Below, in pieces: positions 9,095 through 20,243 of a stretch of DNA of 64,000 nt (its first letter is position 1; the number at the start of each line of letters is the position of its first letter). This stretch comes from Gemmatimonadota bacterium (lineage in GTDB: Bacteria > Latescibacterota > UBA2968 > UBA8231): assembly GCA_018672475.1 (NCBI GenBank), contig JABHFS010000052.1, positions 4,697 through 68,696 on the forward strand, written 5' to 3'. The position numbers were made by a program, and so were the translations under genes. Under the pieces are notes generated by a model. It worked only from the letters and a program-made list of their open reading frames with translations. It did no database searches and was not told the origin of the DNA.

Positions 9095-11004
9095 TTGTAG
9101 CTCCTTTGCGTCAAATGCACGTTCTCGAAGACTAGCTCTTCTTTGTGCAGGGTGGGATCGGTCCCCACTCCTTGAAATTCCCAAGCAGATACATAGGTGA
9201 AGTCATCGTCGTTGCGTCTGGCTTCGCCTTCTTCGGTCTGGTACTCCTCGCGGAAGTGGCCGCCACAGGATTCGTTGCGTTCATAGGCGTCGTCGATCAT
9301 CAGTTCGGCGAATTCCATAAAGTCGGCAACGCGTCCGGCACGTTCTAAGACTTGGTTGAATTCGCCAGCCGTTCCGGCGACGGTCACATTCTGCCAGAAC
9401 TCTTCGCGGATCTCACGGACCTTCTGCTTTGCACTGCTCAGTCCTTCGGCATTGCGCGCCATACCGCAGTGGTCCCAAAGCAAAAGCCCCAGCTCTCGGT
9501 GAAAATCGTCGACAGTGCGCTTGCCCTTGATGGCCAGTAGTTTGTCGATGCGTTCGGTAGCGGCCTGCTCGGCTTGATCAAAGGCCGGGTGATCCGTCCC
9601 TACGTCGTCGGCGGCATTGGCCGCGATATAGCCACCGATGGTGTAGGGGATGACGAAGTAGCCGTCTGCCAAGCCTTGCATCAAAGCACTCGCGCCCAGA
9701 CGATTGGCCCCATGATCGGAGAAGTTGGCTTCGCCCAGCACAAAAAGTCCGGGCAGATTGCTCATTAAATTGTAGTCTACCCACAGGCCGCCCATCGTGT
9801 AGTGGACGGCTGGATAAATGCGCATCGGCGTCTGATAGGGGTTTTCGTTGGTGATTTCTTGGTACATGTCGAAGAGGTTACCGTATTTTTGGCTGATAAC
9901 ATGCTCTCCGTCGCGCTTAATCGCATCGGCAAAGTCTAAGTAGACCGCTCGTCCCGACGATCCGACCCCCCGCCCCTCATCGCAGACGGCCTTAGCAGCT
10001 CTTGAAGCGACATCTCTGGGCACGAGATTGCCAAAGCTGGGATAGCGGCGCTCCAGATAGTAGTCGCGCTCGTCTGCGGGGATTTGCTCCGGTGCGCGTT
10101 GATCTTTTTGTACCTTGGGTACCCAAACGCGTCCGTCGTTGCGCAGGCTTTCGCTCATTAGCGTGAGCTTGGATTGGTAATTGCCCGAAACGGGAATGCA
10201 AGTGGGGTGGATCTGGGTGAAAGAAGGGTTGGCGAAGAACGCACCTTTTCTATGGGCTCGCCAAGTGGCTGTAACATTGCAGGCCTTGGCATTGGTTGAC
10301 AGAAAGAAGGCATTGCCATAGCCGCCGGTAGCTATAATAACGGCGTCAGCGACATAGCGCTCCATCTCACCGCTGATCAGGTTGCGCACGACAATGCCGC
10401 GCGCCTTGTCGTCAACCATAACTAGCTCGAGCATCTCCCGCCGCGGCAAGAGCGTGACTTTGCCGATCTCAACTTGGCGCATCAGGGCACTATAAGCGCC
10501 GAGTAATAGCTGTTGGCCGGTTTGGCCGCGGGCATAGAAGGTGCGCGAAACCTGGGCACCGCCAAAGGAACGATTGGCGAGTGTGCCGCCGTATTCGCGG
10601 GCAAAAGGAACGCCTTGCGCGGCGCATTGGTCGATGATATGCGAGCTGATTTGCGCCAGGCGATAGACATTGGCCTCCCGAGCCCGGTAGTCGCCGCCCT
10701 TAATCGTGTCGTAGAAGAGCCTATATATGCTGTCGCCGTCATTCTGATAGTTCTTAGCGGCATTGATACCGCCTTGCGCGGCGATTGAATGAGCGCGGCG
10801 TGGAGAGTCCTGGAGACAAAAGGAGAGGACGTTATACCCCAGTTCAGCCAACGTGGCTGCCGCCGAGGCGCCCGCCAAACCAGTGCCGACGACAATTACA
10901 TTGTGTTTGCGCTTATTGGCTGGGTTGACCAGCTTGAGCTCGAATTGGTGCTTTTCCCACTTTTCCGCTAGCGGACCACTGGGAATATGTCCGTCTAATG
11001 CCAT
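9091..11004 (-). CDS. sdhA: succinate dehydrogenase / fumarate reductase flavoprotein subunit
   Basis: FAD-binding [12 protein letters not shown], 637 aa, conserved catalytic region. Confidence 0.95.
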   Translation of the reverse strand: MALDGHIPSGPLAEKWEKHQFELKLVNPANKRKHNVIVVGTGLAGASAAATLAELGYNVLSFCLQDSPRRAHSIAAQGGINAAKNYQNDGDSIYRLFYDTIKGGDYRAREANVYRLAQISSHIIDQCAAQGVPFAREYGGTLANRSFGGAQVSRTFYARGQTGQQLLLGAYSALMRQVEIGKVTLLPRREMLELVMVDDKARGIVVRNLISGEMERYVADAVIIATGGYGNAFFLSTNAKACNVTATWRAHRKGAFFANPSFTQIHPTCIPVSGNYQSKLTLMSESLRNDGRVWVPKVQKDQRAPEQIPADERDYYLERRYPSFGNLVPRDVASRAAKAVCDEGRGVGSSGRAVYLDFADAIKRDGEHVISQKYGNLFDMYQEITNENPYQTPMRIYPAVHYTMGGLWVDYNLMSNLPGLFVLGEANFSDHGANRLGASALMQGLADGYFVIPYTIGGYIAANAADDVGTDHPAFDQAEQAATERIDKLLAIKGKRTVDDFHRELGLLLWDHCGMARNAEGLSSAKQKVREIREEFWQNVTVAGTAGEFNQVLERAGRVADFMEFAELMIDDAYERNESCGGHFREEYQTEEGEARRNDDDFTYVSAWEFQGVGTDPTLHKEELVFENVHLTQRSYK

Positions 11005-11012
11005 GCCTTACC

Positions 11013-11639
11013 TCACTTAAGGATGCCCAGATACACGGGCAAGAAGCCAAAGCCAAGAGCCAGGATCAAGCAGAGAATGAGACCCAGGGATCTGATCTTA
11101 TCGGAGCGCACGCTCAAGGTTTGAAATGCACTCTGAAATGCGTGCCAGAGGTGAACCCCCAAAACCAGCATGGCTATTACATACCAAACCAGATATCCGG
11201 TTTGTTGAAACGTAGCGGAAACCAGATCGTAAAGAGTGCCCTCGGCTTTGTCGCCGTATTTAAAGGTTTTGAGATGTAAGACCAGAAAAACCAGGACAAT
11301 TATGCCTGAGTAGATCATGGTGTATGAGGCGAAGTTCCTGCCGCCTACGCTCTGAGTGGCCTGATAGCCGACGGGACGTGCCCGACGGTTCTCGCGCGTG
11401 ACACTAATGGCTAGATAGACGTGCAGGAGGAAAACGACCACGAGAAAGAGCTCGGCAGGGATGAGCAGGGGGTGGTTGATCAGAAATTCTGCGTAGGCGT
11501 TAAAGGCCTGCCCCCCGTCTCCCTTGAGTAATAGCAGGTTCCCCAACAAATGCCCGATCAAGAAGCCGTAGAGAATCAACCCCGTTAGGGCCATCCCCAT
11601 CTTCTTGCCGATTGGCGAGGAGAAAAGTTTTGATGGCAT
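11013..11639 (-). CDS. sdhC: succinate dehydrogenase cytochrome b subunit (single di-heme, 5-TM, Bacillus-type)
   Basis: 208 aa, five hydrophobic helices with conserved His, gene order sdhC-sdhA-sdhB. Confidence 0.8.
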   Translation of the reverse strand: MPSKLFSSPIGKKMGMALTGLILYGFLIGHLLGNLLLLKGDGGQAFNAYAEFLINHPLLIPAELFLVVVFLLHVYLAISVTRENRRARPVGYQATQSVGGRNFASYTMIYSGIIVLVFLVLHLKTFKYGDKAEGTLYDLVSATFQQTGYLVWYVIAMLVLGVHLWHAFQSAFQTLSVRSDKIRSLGLILCLILALGFGFLPVYLGILK

Positions 11640-11817
11640 GCTTTGTCTTACCTCCGCGTCGGCTTAGGAGTGTAATGAGGAAGATAATACCCCATCTACA
11701 AGAAAACCACTAATTTGCAACGATATTATCTAATCGGCGATTGAATCTCAAGCCTGTCTTGCCCGCATGGCAAACTTTTCGTACTCTCTTATTTTCAACT
11801 ACCAAAGGTAATATGTA

Positions 11818-12975
11818 ATGAAAATTCATGAATATCAGGCCAAAGAAATCCTACGGCAATACAACGTTGCCGTGCCGGAAGGATCGGTGGCGACCTCGGC
11901 TGATGAGGCTGAGCGCATTGCCACCGAATTGGGTGGTAAAGTCATAGTCAAGGCGCAAATCCACGCTGGAGGACGGGGCAAAGGCGGGGGCGTTAAGTTA
12001 GCTACCAATCCGACGGAAGCTCGCGAGGCGGCCAGCGCAATTCTCGGCATGCAGCTTATAACCCACCAGACCGGTCCCGAAGGCCAAAAGGTCAAGCAGG
12101 TTTTAGTAGAAAAAGCCTCGGATATCGAGCACGAATTCTATCTAGGCATTACGCTGGACCGGGCGCAGAGCAAGCTGGTGGTGATGGCTAGCAGGGAGGG
12201 AGGGGTCGAGATTGAAGAGGTTGCTGCTGAAACCCCCGAAAAGATTCTCAGGGAAACGGTCGACCCCGGCGTAGGGCTACTGCCTTTTCAAGCGACGCGC
12301 ATAGCTTTTGGGCTCGGCTTCGAAGGGAAACAAGTGCGCCAGGCGGCCGGGTTTATTCTCAATCTCTACAAGGCCTTTATCGGCGCCGACTGCTCTATCG
12401 CGGAAATCAACCCGTTGGTTACTACTGCCGACGGACAGGTTTTAGCGCTGGACGCCAAGATCAACTTTGACGCCAATGCGCTCTTCCGCCAACCCAACCT
12501 TGCCGAATTGCGCGATCTGGACGAAGAAGACGAGTTAGAGGTCGAAGCCTCGAAATTCGATCTGAACTATATCAAGCTCGACGGCAATATTGGCTGTATG
12601 GTCAACGGGGCAGGCCTTGCAATGGCCACCATGGACATAATCAAGCTATCCGGTGCCGAGCCGGCGAATTTTTTGGACGTCGGCGGCGGCGCCAGCGCTG
12701 AAACCGTGGAGAACGGCTTCCGCATTTTGCTTTCCGATCCAAATGTAAAGGCCATTCTTATTAATATCTTCGGGGGCATTGTGCGTTGTGACCGCGTCGC
12801 GGAAGGCGTGATCCAAGCCCGCAAGAACATCGAGGTCAACGTGCCCCTAGTGGTGCGGCTCGCCGGCACCAATGCGGATGTCGCCGCTGAAATGTTGGAA
12901 AAGTCCGACATGGATTTTAGTGTCGGGCACGGGCTGAAGGACGCGGCTGAAAAGGTCGCGTCAGCCATTCAATAG
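11818..12975 (+). CDS. sucC: succinyl-CoA synthetase beta subunit
   Basis: [20 protein letters not shown]-grasp N-terminus, 385 aa. Confidence 0.95.
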   Translation: MKIHEYQAKEILRQYNVAVPEGSVATSADEAERIATELGGKVIVKAQIHAGGRGKGGGVKLATNPTEAREAASAILGMQLITHQTGPEGQKVKQVLVEKASDIEHEFYLGITLDRAQSKLVVMASREGGVEIEEVAAETPEKILRETVDPGVGLLPFQATRIAFGLGFEGKQVRQAAGFILNLYKAFIGADCSIAEINPLVTTADGQVLALDAKINFDANALFRQPNLAELRDLDEEDELEVEASKFDLNYIKLDGNIGCMVNGAGLAMATMDIIKLSGAEPANFLDVGGGASAETVENGFRILLSDPNVKAILINIFGGIVRCDRVAEGVIQARKNIEVNVPLVVRLAGTNADVAAEMLEKSDMDFSVGHGLKDAAEKVASAIQ

Positions 12976-12987
12976 GGGATATCGGGC

Positions 12988-13857
<870 letters not shown>

Positions 13858-13880
13858 GCGGAATTAAAAAGCATAAAAGG

Positions 13881-13920
13881 AAGCCCCATCGATCTACCGT
13901 GGTCGGTGGGGCTTTCTGTG
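13881..13920. terminator. bidirectional terminator hairpin between sucD (+) and CPBP protease gene (-)
   Basis: AAGCCCCATCGA...TCGGTGGGGCTT 12-bp stem (1 mismatch) followed by TCTGTGTTCT; T-rich on opposite strand too. Confidence 0.7.
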
Positions 13921-13996
13921 TTCTAAGGAATCTGAAGAAAAATAAGACCTGACAACGCGGAGCATGCTCCCTGTCGCCACTCGGCACCCAACGAAT

Positions 13997-14848
13997 TTAG
14001 TTAAAAATAGGTGGGTCGGCGGAGGGCAATTCTGCGCTGGTTTTTTTGCCTATTGAAAGCGGCATGATGGCCACTTGCCGGCTGAGCAAGAAGAGGCCGG
14101 CCAATAACGCTAGGGCTGCGCATAGGGTCATTGCAATGGGCAGATGCTGCGTGGGGCCGAGTTCCTCTATTCCCCAATGGGTGCGGAGATTGATACCTGC
14201 GACTGAGGCCAGATTATTGATTGCATGCGCGAAGAGGGCGGGGTAGATGCTATGGGTCCAGTAGACCAAGGCGCCCAAAAAGAGCCCAAAGATGAAGAGG
14301 GGGATGAACTGCCAAGGGTTAAAGTGCGAGGCGGCAAAGAGCAAGGCGGACCCGAACAAAGCCCAGCGTGGGCCATAGTGGGTATAGAGGCCGGAAAGCA
14401 CAAAACCGCGAAAGAAAAGCTCTTCGCAAAATGCAGGAACTAATACCAACGCAGTTAATCCTCCAGGTACCTCCGTAATTTCGTTGAAGATCTGTAGCTC
14501 TAATAGATTTTTCTGAAAGGACAGCGGCATCCCTAAGTCCAGTATAGTCAAGAGATTCGCTATATGCAGATCAAGTTCTGCAACAACTAAACTGCAACAA
14601 ATGGCGATGGGAATTGTCAGTAGTAGAGTCGAAATTGGTGTGGCGTTGAGCAGCAGTAGATTTTCAGACGATAGGCGATTGCGCCGGATGTAAAGACCCA
14701 TAAACCACAGCAGGGTCATTTCGGCAGCGATTATGCCTACATAAGGGAGGGACAAGCCGACGATGGGCCATATTAAGAATTGCGCTAGTAGAAGCGCTGG
14801 TAGGCTTACGCGGAGAATTTGACCGAGGTTGGGGTAGGCAGTGTTCAT
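13997..14848 (-). CDS. CPBP family intramembrane glutamic endopeptidase (CAAX protease-like)
   Basis: Motifs EELFFRGF, FAASHFNPWQ, FAHAINN on polytopic membrane protein. Confidence 0.8.
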   Translation of the reverse strand: MNTAYPNLGQILRVSLPALLLAQFLIWPIVGLSLPYVGIIAAEMTLLWFMGLYIRRNRLSSENLLLLNATPISTLLLTIPIAICCSLVVAELDLHIANLLTILDLGMPLSFQKNLLELQIFNEITEVPGGLTALVLVPAFCEELFFRGFVLSGLYTHYGPRWALFGSALLFAASHFNPWQFIPLFIFGLFLGALVYWTHSIYPALFAHAINNLASVAGINLRTHWGIEELGPTQHLPIAMTLCAALALLAGLFLLSRQVAIMPLSIGKKTSAELPSADPPIFN

Positions 14849-14910
14849 AAGGGAGTAAAGACCTCCGGAAATACCGAAGGTCTTTGCGCAAGTATTATAG
14901 CCCTAAGGCG

Positions 14911-15411
14911 TTACTTTTTTTCTTCTTTAGCTAGTATATGCACCCTGCCGCCATGGCAAGTCTTGCAGTTAAGTGCTTCCCCTTTTTTGGGCAAGCTGAC
15001 TTTTAACGTGTGTTGTTCGCCCTCGCCTTCTTGGGCCACCAGATGGATGCCGGCATCATCGCCTTTGGTTGTGTAGTTTGCCTTAATCACTTTGCTCTTG
15101 CCATGGTGGTCAAAGGACGCTTCCGCTTGGCCATTCGCCACTAGGCTGTCGATAAAGGCAGATTTCATCTGTCGTGCGGCTTGTTTGTGCGGCGTATCTG
15201 TCGTGTAGACGACCTTACCACCTTCTTTGACGTGGCAATAGGTGCACTTTTCTCCCAGCGCTTTTGAAATACCGCGCATGGCCTTCATGGTCGCTTTGCG
15301 ATCTTCGCCGAAGATCGTCTGGCCTGGTTTTTTAGGTGCTTGCGCACTTGCGTGTGGTGCTAGGGCGAATGTGGCGATAAGAGCGAATATGACGAACGAT
15401 ACATGTTTCAT
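14911..15411 (-). CDS. di-heme c-type cytochrome, secreted
   Basis: Signal peptide plus two CxxCH motifs (CTYCH, CKTCH). Confidence 0.75.
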   Translation of the reverse strand: MKHVSFVIFALIATFALAPHASAQAPKKPGQTIFGEDRKATMKAMRGISKALGEKCTYCHVKEGGKVVYTTDTPHKQAARQMKSAFIDSLVANGQAEASFDHHGKSKVIKANYTTKGDDAGIHLVAQEGEGEQHTLKVSLPKKGEALNCKTCHGGRVHILAKEEKK

Positions 15412-15510
15412 GTGTGATCCCTCCTTTGCCAGAAGGCCGGAGTTTATAGGTCTGGAATGGTTTCACGAAAGATAAATGTTGCCGCGAAATTCGCAAGCCG
15501 AATCCCCGGT

Positions 15511-16443
15511 CTAGCGCGTCTGCAGTGTTTGTAGATAACCTCGTGTACGGCTAGACCAGAATAGATAGCTGAAAAACAGACCGGGGACATAGTATTCTAC
15601 AAACCAGCGGGTTAACCAGCGAATCGGATAGTGAATTAGTGGCGACAAGGCTAAATGGAAGGCAAGGCGACGTGGTGAGAGTGCAGCGGCTCCAATCGCG
15701 TCTAATCGAAGGACCGCATCCAACTCGGGGTGTTTGCGCAACAAGATGGGAATCGATTGCTTGCCATACGTTTGCATAAGACGGCATAAAGGTTCAAAAG
15801 CACGCAGATGGTGGTGGTGGGATAGAGCTTCTGGAGCGTAATAGAGCGGAATACCTGCTAAATGAAGTCGATAGCCCAATTCAAGGTCTTCGCCGCCATA
15901 GGCGGTGAGATCTTCGTCAAAAAAGCCCACGCGCTTTAGGGACGACCGGCGGACAGAGGAGTTCCCGGTGACAAAGCACTTGAAGTCCATCGGTTTTTCT
16001 TCATCCGCTGCGTGAACTCCTCGCCCTTCGATATAACGCGTTAGATGGGTTGTAGGGATTTCGCTGGCGAAGCGAATATTACCGATGAAAATTGCTTCAG
16101 GGTGGGCTTGGTGCCGTTCGGCATGGGCGCGGAGGAAATCGGGCCCCACCGTCATATCACTATCTAAAAAAATGACGATATCGCCCGTCGCCACACGCAA
16201 GGCCGAATTGCGAGCCCGAGCTCGGCCTTGGTTTTGTTCATTGCGGATCAAGTGCAGTTCAAATGGGGCTAGCGCTGTATCGAGTCGCTCTGCATTCAAA
16301 TGCGGAGAGGCGTCGTCGACCACGATGATTTCGGTCGCCTCACGGGGATAATCTTGTTGTGAGAGGCTTTTAAGCGCTGCTTCGAGGCGTTCCGGCTCGT
16401 CGAAGGTTGGCATTACTAGACTGATTGATAGCAGAGTGCTCAT
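15511..16443 (-). CDS. glycosyltransferase family 2
   Basis: N-terminal GT-A motif VMPTFDE...IIVVDDAS, DxD region. Confidence 0.8.
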   Translation of the reverse strand: MSTLLSISLVMPTFDEPERLEAALKSLSQQDYPREATEIIVVDDASPHLNAERLDTALAPFELHLIRNEQNQGRARARNSALRVATGDIVIFLDSDMTVGPDFLRAHAERHQAHPEAIFIGNIRFASEIPTTHLTRYIEGRGVHAADEEKPMDFKCFVTGNSSVRRSSLKRVGFFDEDLTAYGGEDLELGYRLHLAGIPLYYAPEALSHHHHLRAFEPLCRLMQTYGKQSIPILLRKHPELDAVLRLDAIGAAALSPRRLAFHLALSPLIHYPIRWLTRWFVEYYVPGLFFSYLFWSSRTRGYLQTLQTR

Positions 16444-17558
16444 CCCAGGGTTGAGTAGAGGTCTGTGAGTTGACCGGCTTCCCGCTCCCAGTGATAGTGC
16501 TGCGCCGCCTCCAGGCAGGCTTGGCTACAGGCGGCCCGTCGTTTATCGTCGGACAACAATTCGGTGACTTGCTGCCGGATAGCGTCGATATCGGTTGGAT
16601 CAATCGTGACGCCCGTATCGGTCTTGCTGACGACGCGCTGCATTTCGGGGAAATTGCTGGCGAGGACCGGTAGACCGGCCATCATATACTCAAAAAGTTT
16701 GTTGGGCAAAGAATAGTAGAAGCTTTTGCCCGCGCCCTTGATTAGGCACAGCCCTAAATCGGCCGAACAAGTATAATCGTGGAGTTGGTGGAAAGGCACT
16801 CTAGGAATAAAAAAGACCCGATCCTGCAAACCGCCGGCGCGCACTTGCTCTTTCAATGCTTTTTCGCTCGGGCCATCTCCAATCAAGACAAGCGCAGCAT
16901 CGCCGAAACCGGCAGCGGCTTCAATCTGCTCGCGCAGGCCGTTCTCGGTGAGAAAACCTCCTTGATAAAGCACGATGGGGCGGTTGGCAGGCAGATCCAG
17001 AGTTTCGCGGATCAAATCACTTTGCACCTTCTCCCGAAATAGCGGAAAATTGCGCAAAATGACGACCTCACCCAGCCCATAGCGCGTCTTGAGCGATTCG
17101 GCTATAGATTGGCTGACAGTGATAACGCGGTCGACTCGTTTTATTAAATGACGTTCTAACAAGCTCCAGAAAGATCGCATGAGCGGTCGGTTGACCAACG
17201 AAGATTGTTCTATCCAGAATTCATGTGAGTCGTAGACCAAGGGGCGGCGTAACCGTCGCGCCGCCCGAACGGCTGGCCACAGTGCGTCTAGATCATGGGC
17301 GTGGTAGGCGTCTGGGCGGGTATTGAGCAAGAGTGGATAAGCTCGCCGCCAAAAAAGGGGGTAGAGACGGCGCAGTGATCGGCCGCGGTCTATTGGGATT
17401 AAGTGGATTTCGAAATCATCCCACCCCTTGAGCGGGGCTGGATTGAACGAAGAGGCAACGATAGTGACCTCATGACCAGCACGGCGTAGAGCAGTAGCTT
17501 CGCGGTAGATGCGATAGTCGAAGTGTAGGTCGGTAAAGGCGACCATACAAATGCGCAT
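16440..17558 (-). CDS. glycosyltransferase family 4 (GT-B)
   Basis: C-terminal E-x7-E motif FEYMMAGLPVLASNFPE; overlaps GT2 start by 4 nt. Confidence 0.8.
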   Translation of the reverse strand: MRICMVAFTDLHFDYRIYREATALRRAGHEVTIVASSFNPAPLKGWDDFEIHLIPIDRGRSLRRLYPLFWRRAYPLLLNTRPDAYHAHDLDALWPAVRAARRLRRPLVYDSHEFWIEQSSLVNRPLMRSFWSLLERHLIKRVDRVITVSQSIAESLKTRYGLGEVVILRNFPLFREKVQSDLIRETLDLPANRPIVLYQGGFLTENGLREQIEAAAGFGDAALVLIGDGPSEKALKEQVRAGGLQDRVFFIPRVPFHQLHDYTCSADLGLCLIKGAGKSFYYSLPNKLFEYMMAGLPVLASNFPEMQRVVSKTDTGVTIDPTDIDAIRQQVTELLSDDKRRAACSQACLEAAQHYHWEREAGQLTDLYSTLG

Positions 17559-17601
17559 GGTTATCTAAGGAACTTGGTAGAGAGAAATGAAAGAACAAAA
17601 A

Positions 17602-17626
17602 AACAGCCCATCAAAGATGGGCTGTT
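17602..17626 (-). terminator. minus-strand intrinsic terminator immediately upstream of GT4 gene start
   Basis: 11-bp stem AACAGCCCATC/GATGGGCTGTT with 3-nt loop; on minus strand followed by TTTTTTGTTCTTTC. Confidence 0.6.
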
Positions 17627-18055
17627 CTAAAAAGAAAAACAAGAGTGTGACGGCCAGATGCTGTGATCTTGAACCGCAAATTGAGACCTTCAAACGAGGC
17701 GGTGTGGGGAGGTAATTTTGAAGACCTCAAAGACCCAGAAAGGGGAATCCGAGCTTTGCGGATCAGGACTTTAGCCACGCTAGCGGACCGCCACACTCAA
17801 ATATCATTTAGCCTCTTAGCCCACACACTGCCTAGTGTGTGTGGGCATATATTGGCCCGCATGGTGTACTCGATCTTTTGGAAAGATACACACGCCAGAT
17901 TGTGTTGTCAAGTAGAAATTTTACTTTTAAAAAACCACCACTTAGGCTTGCACACACACTGGTAAGTGTGCATATTTATCTTGCAATAGGGTTTATTTCT
18001 TTTCAGATTAAACCGCTTATGATATGAAAGATAAACGTTGTAGAGGAACCTTAAA

Positions 18056-18589
18056 ATGCAGTTTGCAGAAATGATCAAAGGAACTCGGTTACAAGCCCGC
18101 CTCAGTCAACGCGGATTAGCGGAGCAACTTATAACGGCGCAAAAACCCGAAGGCGTATGGGCAACGTATATAGGCCAGATCGAGAAGGGAGAGAAAGTCC
18201 CTTCCGATGAAGTGTGTATTAAATTGGCCGAAGTTTTAGAACTGGATTCTAGCGAGGTGTTGCTCGCCGCTTATGAAGCCAAGGCAGGTTCGGAGGAGGG
18301 GCGTGCGCTTTTCGCGAAGATGGCGCGTTCATTGGCCGATCCGGTCGTTCGTCAGCTTTTGGCTAGTAAGGAGCCTTTAGAACCGGCTCTATTGGATGCG
18401 CTTGCTGATGTGGAGACGCAAGCCTTGCTTAGTGACCGGGCGTGGCTAGATGCAATTAGCAAAGCACGCAAGAAGCAGAAAAAACGCGACGTTTTGGCTT
18501 GGCTATCTTTGGGGGTGACGATGGACGACAAACAGTGGGGAGCGTTAACTGCTGTTATGGGAACAATGGGACTAGACCCGCCCACTTAA
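18056..18589 (+). CDS. XRE-family helix-turn-helix transcriptional regulator with uncharacterised C-terminal domain
   Basis: HTH_XRE signature LSQRGLAEQL...YIGQIEKGEKVPSDEVCIKLAEVL. Confidence 0.7.
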   Translation: MQFAEMIKGTRLQARLSQRGLAEQLITAQKPEGVWATYIGQIEKGEKVPSDEVCIKLAEVLELDSSEVLLAAYEAKAGSEEGRALFAKMARSLADPVVRQLLASKEPLEPALLDALADVETQALLSDRAWLDAISKARKKQKKRDVLAWLSLGVTMDDKQWGALTAVMGTMGLDPPT

Positions 18590-18602
18590 GAATGTTACAG
18601 GT

Positions 18603-19088
18603 CTAAGAAGAGTTACTCAATTGGGCTTGGCGTTCGTTGAGCACTTGTAGTACCCGTTCACGCACAAAGGGGTTCGGATCTTTTAGTGCATTCAGAAGAA
18701 ACTTATTACCGTATTTCTCCTCCATCTTGCCCAATGTTTCGATGGCCTGGAGTCGGATACCGGGGTCACTATCTTTGGCCGCTATCCCGAGGACTTGAGC
18801 CGCTGCCTTTTTTATCTTTTTGTTGGTGCTCTGGCTGAGAATGTCCAATAGTTTTACGGCCTGGGCACGGACGGCTAAATCGCGGTCTTTAAGGGCCCTG
18901 GCCAGGACATGCGTAGTGGTGATGTCCTTTTCTTTACCCAATATCGGGAGATAGCGAATCGGCGGGATAGTGCGCAGCCCGCAGCCCGATGCACCCAGCA
19001 GCAGTATGGAGCCCAAAAGCAAGACTAACCAGCGGCGAGCATCCGTACTAGCCTGTGCGGGCAATTTATGTCGTAGCAAGTCTCTCAT
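18603..19088 (-). CDS. HEAT-repeat lipoprotein
   Basis: Signal/lipobox LLLGASGCGL; three HEAT-like repeats (D..VR..A...L). Confidence 0.65.
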   Translation of the reverse strand: MRDLLRHKLPAQASTDARRWLVLLLGSILLLGASGCGLRTIPPIRYLPILGKEKDITTTHVLARALKDRDLAVRAQAVKLLDILSQSTNKKIKKAAAQVLGIAAKDSDPGIRLQAIETLGKMEEKYGNKFLLNALKDPNPFVRERVLQVLNERQAQLSNSS

Positions 19089-19201
19089 ATACTCCTTATC
19101 GGTCGTTTGGGCGAACTCTCCAGCGATTAGCGCTGGGAACTACTGGAGCCGAGCAAAAGTCTTATCACGTGGTAGTCGATTCGAAAGGAGTTGTATCTGC
19201 A

Positions 19202-19669
19202 TTGAATTGCGAAGATTTTGAATCATTTTTCTCTGATTATATCGATGAAACGCTAGACCCTTGGTCCGTCGGTCACCTACAAGATCACCTGAGCTTCTGT
19301 TCGGCGTGCGGGGAGACTGTTGCGGGTATGCGTCAAGTCCGTATGGCGTTACATAATCTGGGGGGAACGGGGCCGTCGGCTGGTTTCAAGCTGAGATTGA
19401 ACAATCGCTTACAAGAGGAGGTCTACCGCGAGTCGTGGACTTGGTTGCGGCCGGTAGCCTGGGGTTTTGCCCTGGCCGCGGCTATGGCCATCCTTCTTTG
19501 GCCCACGTCGGCCACCCTTGAAGCGGCAGATTCGACCATGCCATTCAAAGAAGGGCCGGCTTGGGCCGTGCCTGTCGCCGATCGCCAGTTGGGCCGAGCT
19601 TGGACGGAACAATTTCCCGAGTTGGTGAGACCTCAGCGTCATGCCCATATTCGGCCGGTCTCGTTTTAG
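19202..19669 (+). CDS. zinc-finger (zf-HC2) anti-sigma factor, single TM
   Basis: N-terminal CEDFESFFSDYIDE...HLSFCSACGE motif, TM helix WGFALAAAMAILLWP; start tentatively TTG 19202 after AAAGGAG; track ORF from 19055 overlaps previous gene. Confidence 0.55.
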   Translation: MNCEDFESFFSDYIDETLDPWSVGHLQDHLSFCSACGETVAGMRQVRMALHNLGGTGPSAGFKLRLNNRLQEEVYRESWTWLRPVAWGFALAAAMAILLWPTSATLEAADSTMPFKEGPAWAVPVADRQLGRAWTEQFPELVRPQRHAHIRPVSF

Positions 19670-19680
19670 CCTGAATATTT

Positions 19681-20136
19681 CTAAAAGTCGGGTAGTTTGT
19701 ACTCGCCGCGTTCGATCGCCTGCTCTAGCTCCTGATGGAAGGTACTATCGAGGTGGGAGGTGATTTTCCAGCCATCGGGTTCATGGATAAAATAGAAAAA
19801 CGGCGAAGCGCGTTTATCTCCTAGGGTCGAAGTATCAAAGAGCAAATATGCAATGTGCTCATTGATGATTTGTTCTTGTGCGATTTCGCGCCGGAGATGG
19901 GATTTTATTTCGTTCTGCGTCTTTTGTTGCCAGTCGTCGGTCCAAGCCTGGCGTTCGCTGCTTTCCTTTTGCGAAAGACTAAAACACTCCCATAATAGGT
20001 CAAAATCACTGTCTTCCAGGGCTTGTTTGTATGTTTGGAAAGTAGCGGCCGGATCGGAGAAGCGTTGATGTGCCTCTTCACTGCTGCAACTGGCGAAAAC
20101 CAAAAGGGCGAGAAAAACAATAGATGATAAGGGCAT
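19681..20136 (-). CDS. hypothetical lipoprotein
   Basis: Start at internal Met giving signal peptide MPLSSIVFLALLVFASCSS; no recognisable domain. Confidence 0.5.
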   Translation of the reverse strand: MPLSSIVFLALLVFASCSSEEAHQRFSDPAATFQTYKQALEDSDFDLLWECFSLSQKESSERQAWTDDWQQKTQNEIKSHLRREIAQEQIINEHIAYLLFDTSTLGDKRASPFFYFIHEPDGWKITSHLDSTFHQELEQAIERGEYKLPDF

Positions 20137-20243
20137 GGGCAACTTTTGCAAGGAGACGAGATACAAACGGATGGACGAAACTAGTGTTGGGGGGATTTTA
20201 CAACGACTCCACTCAGTGCGGTAAACTACCGCACACAAAGAGC

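Noticed and set aside
8989-9184. N-terminal extension of sdhB to 9184 as given in the ORF track
   Set aside because: The extension overlaps sdhA by 94 nt. A GTG start with AAGGAG at 9094 aligns with SdhB N-termini of other organisms.
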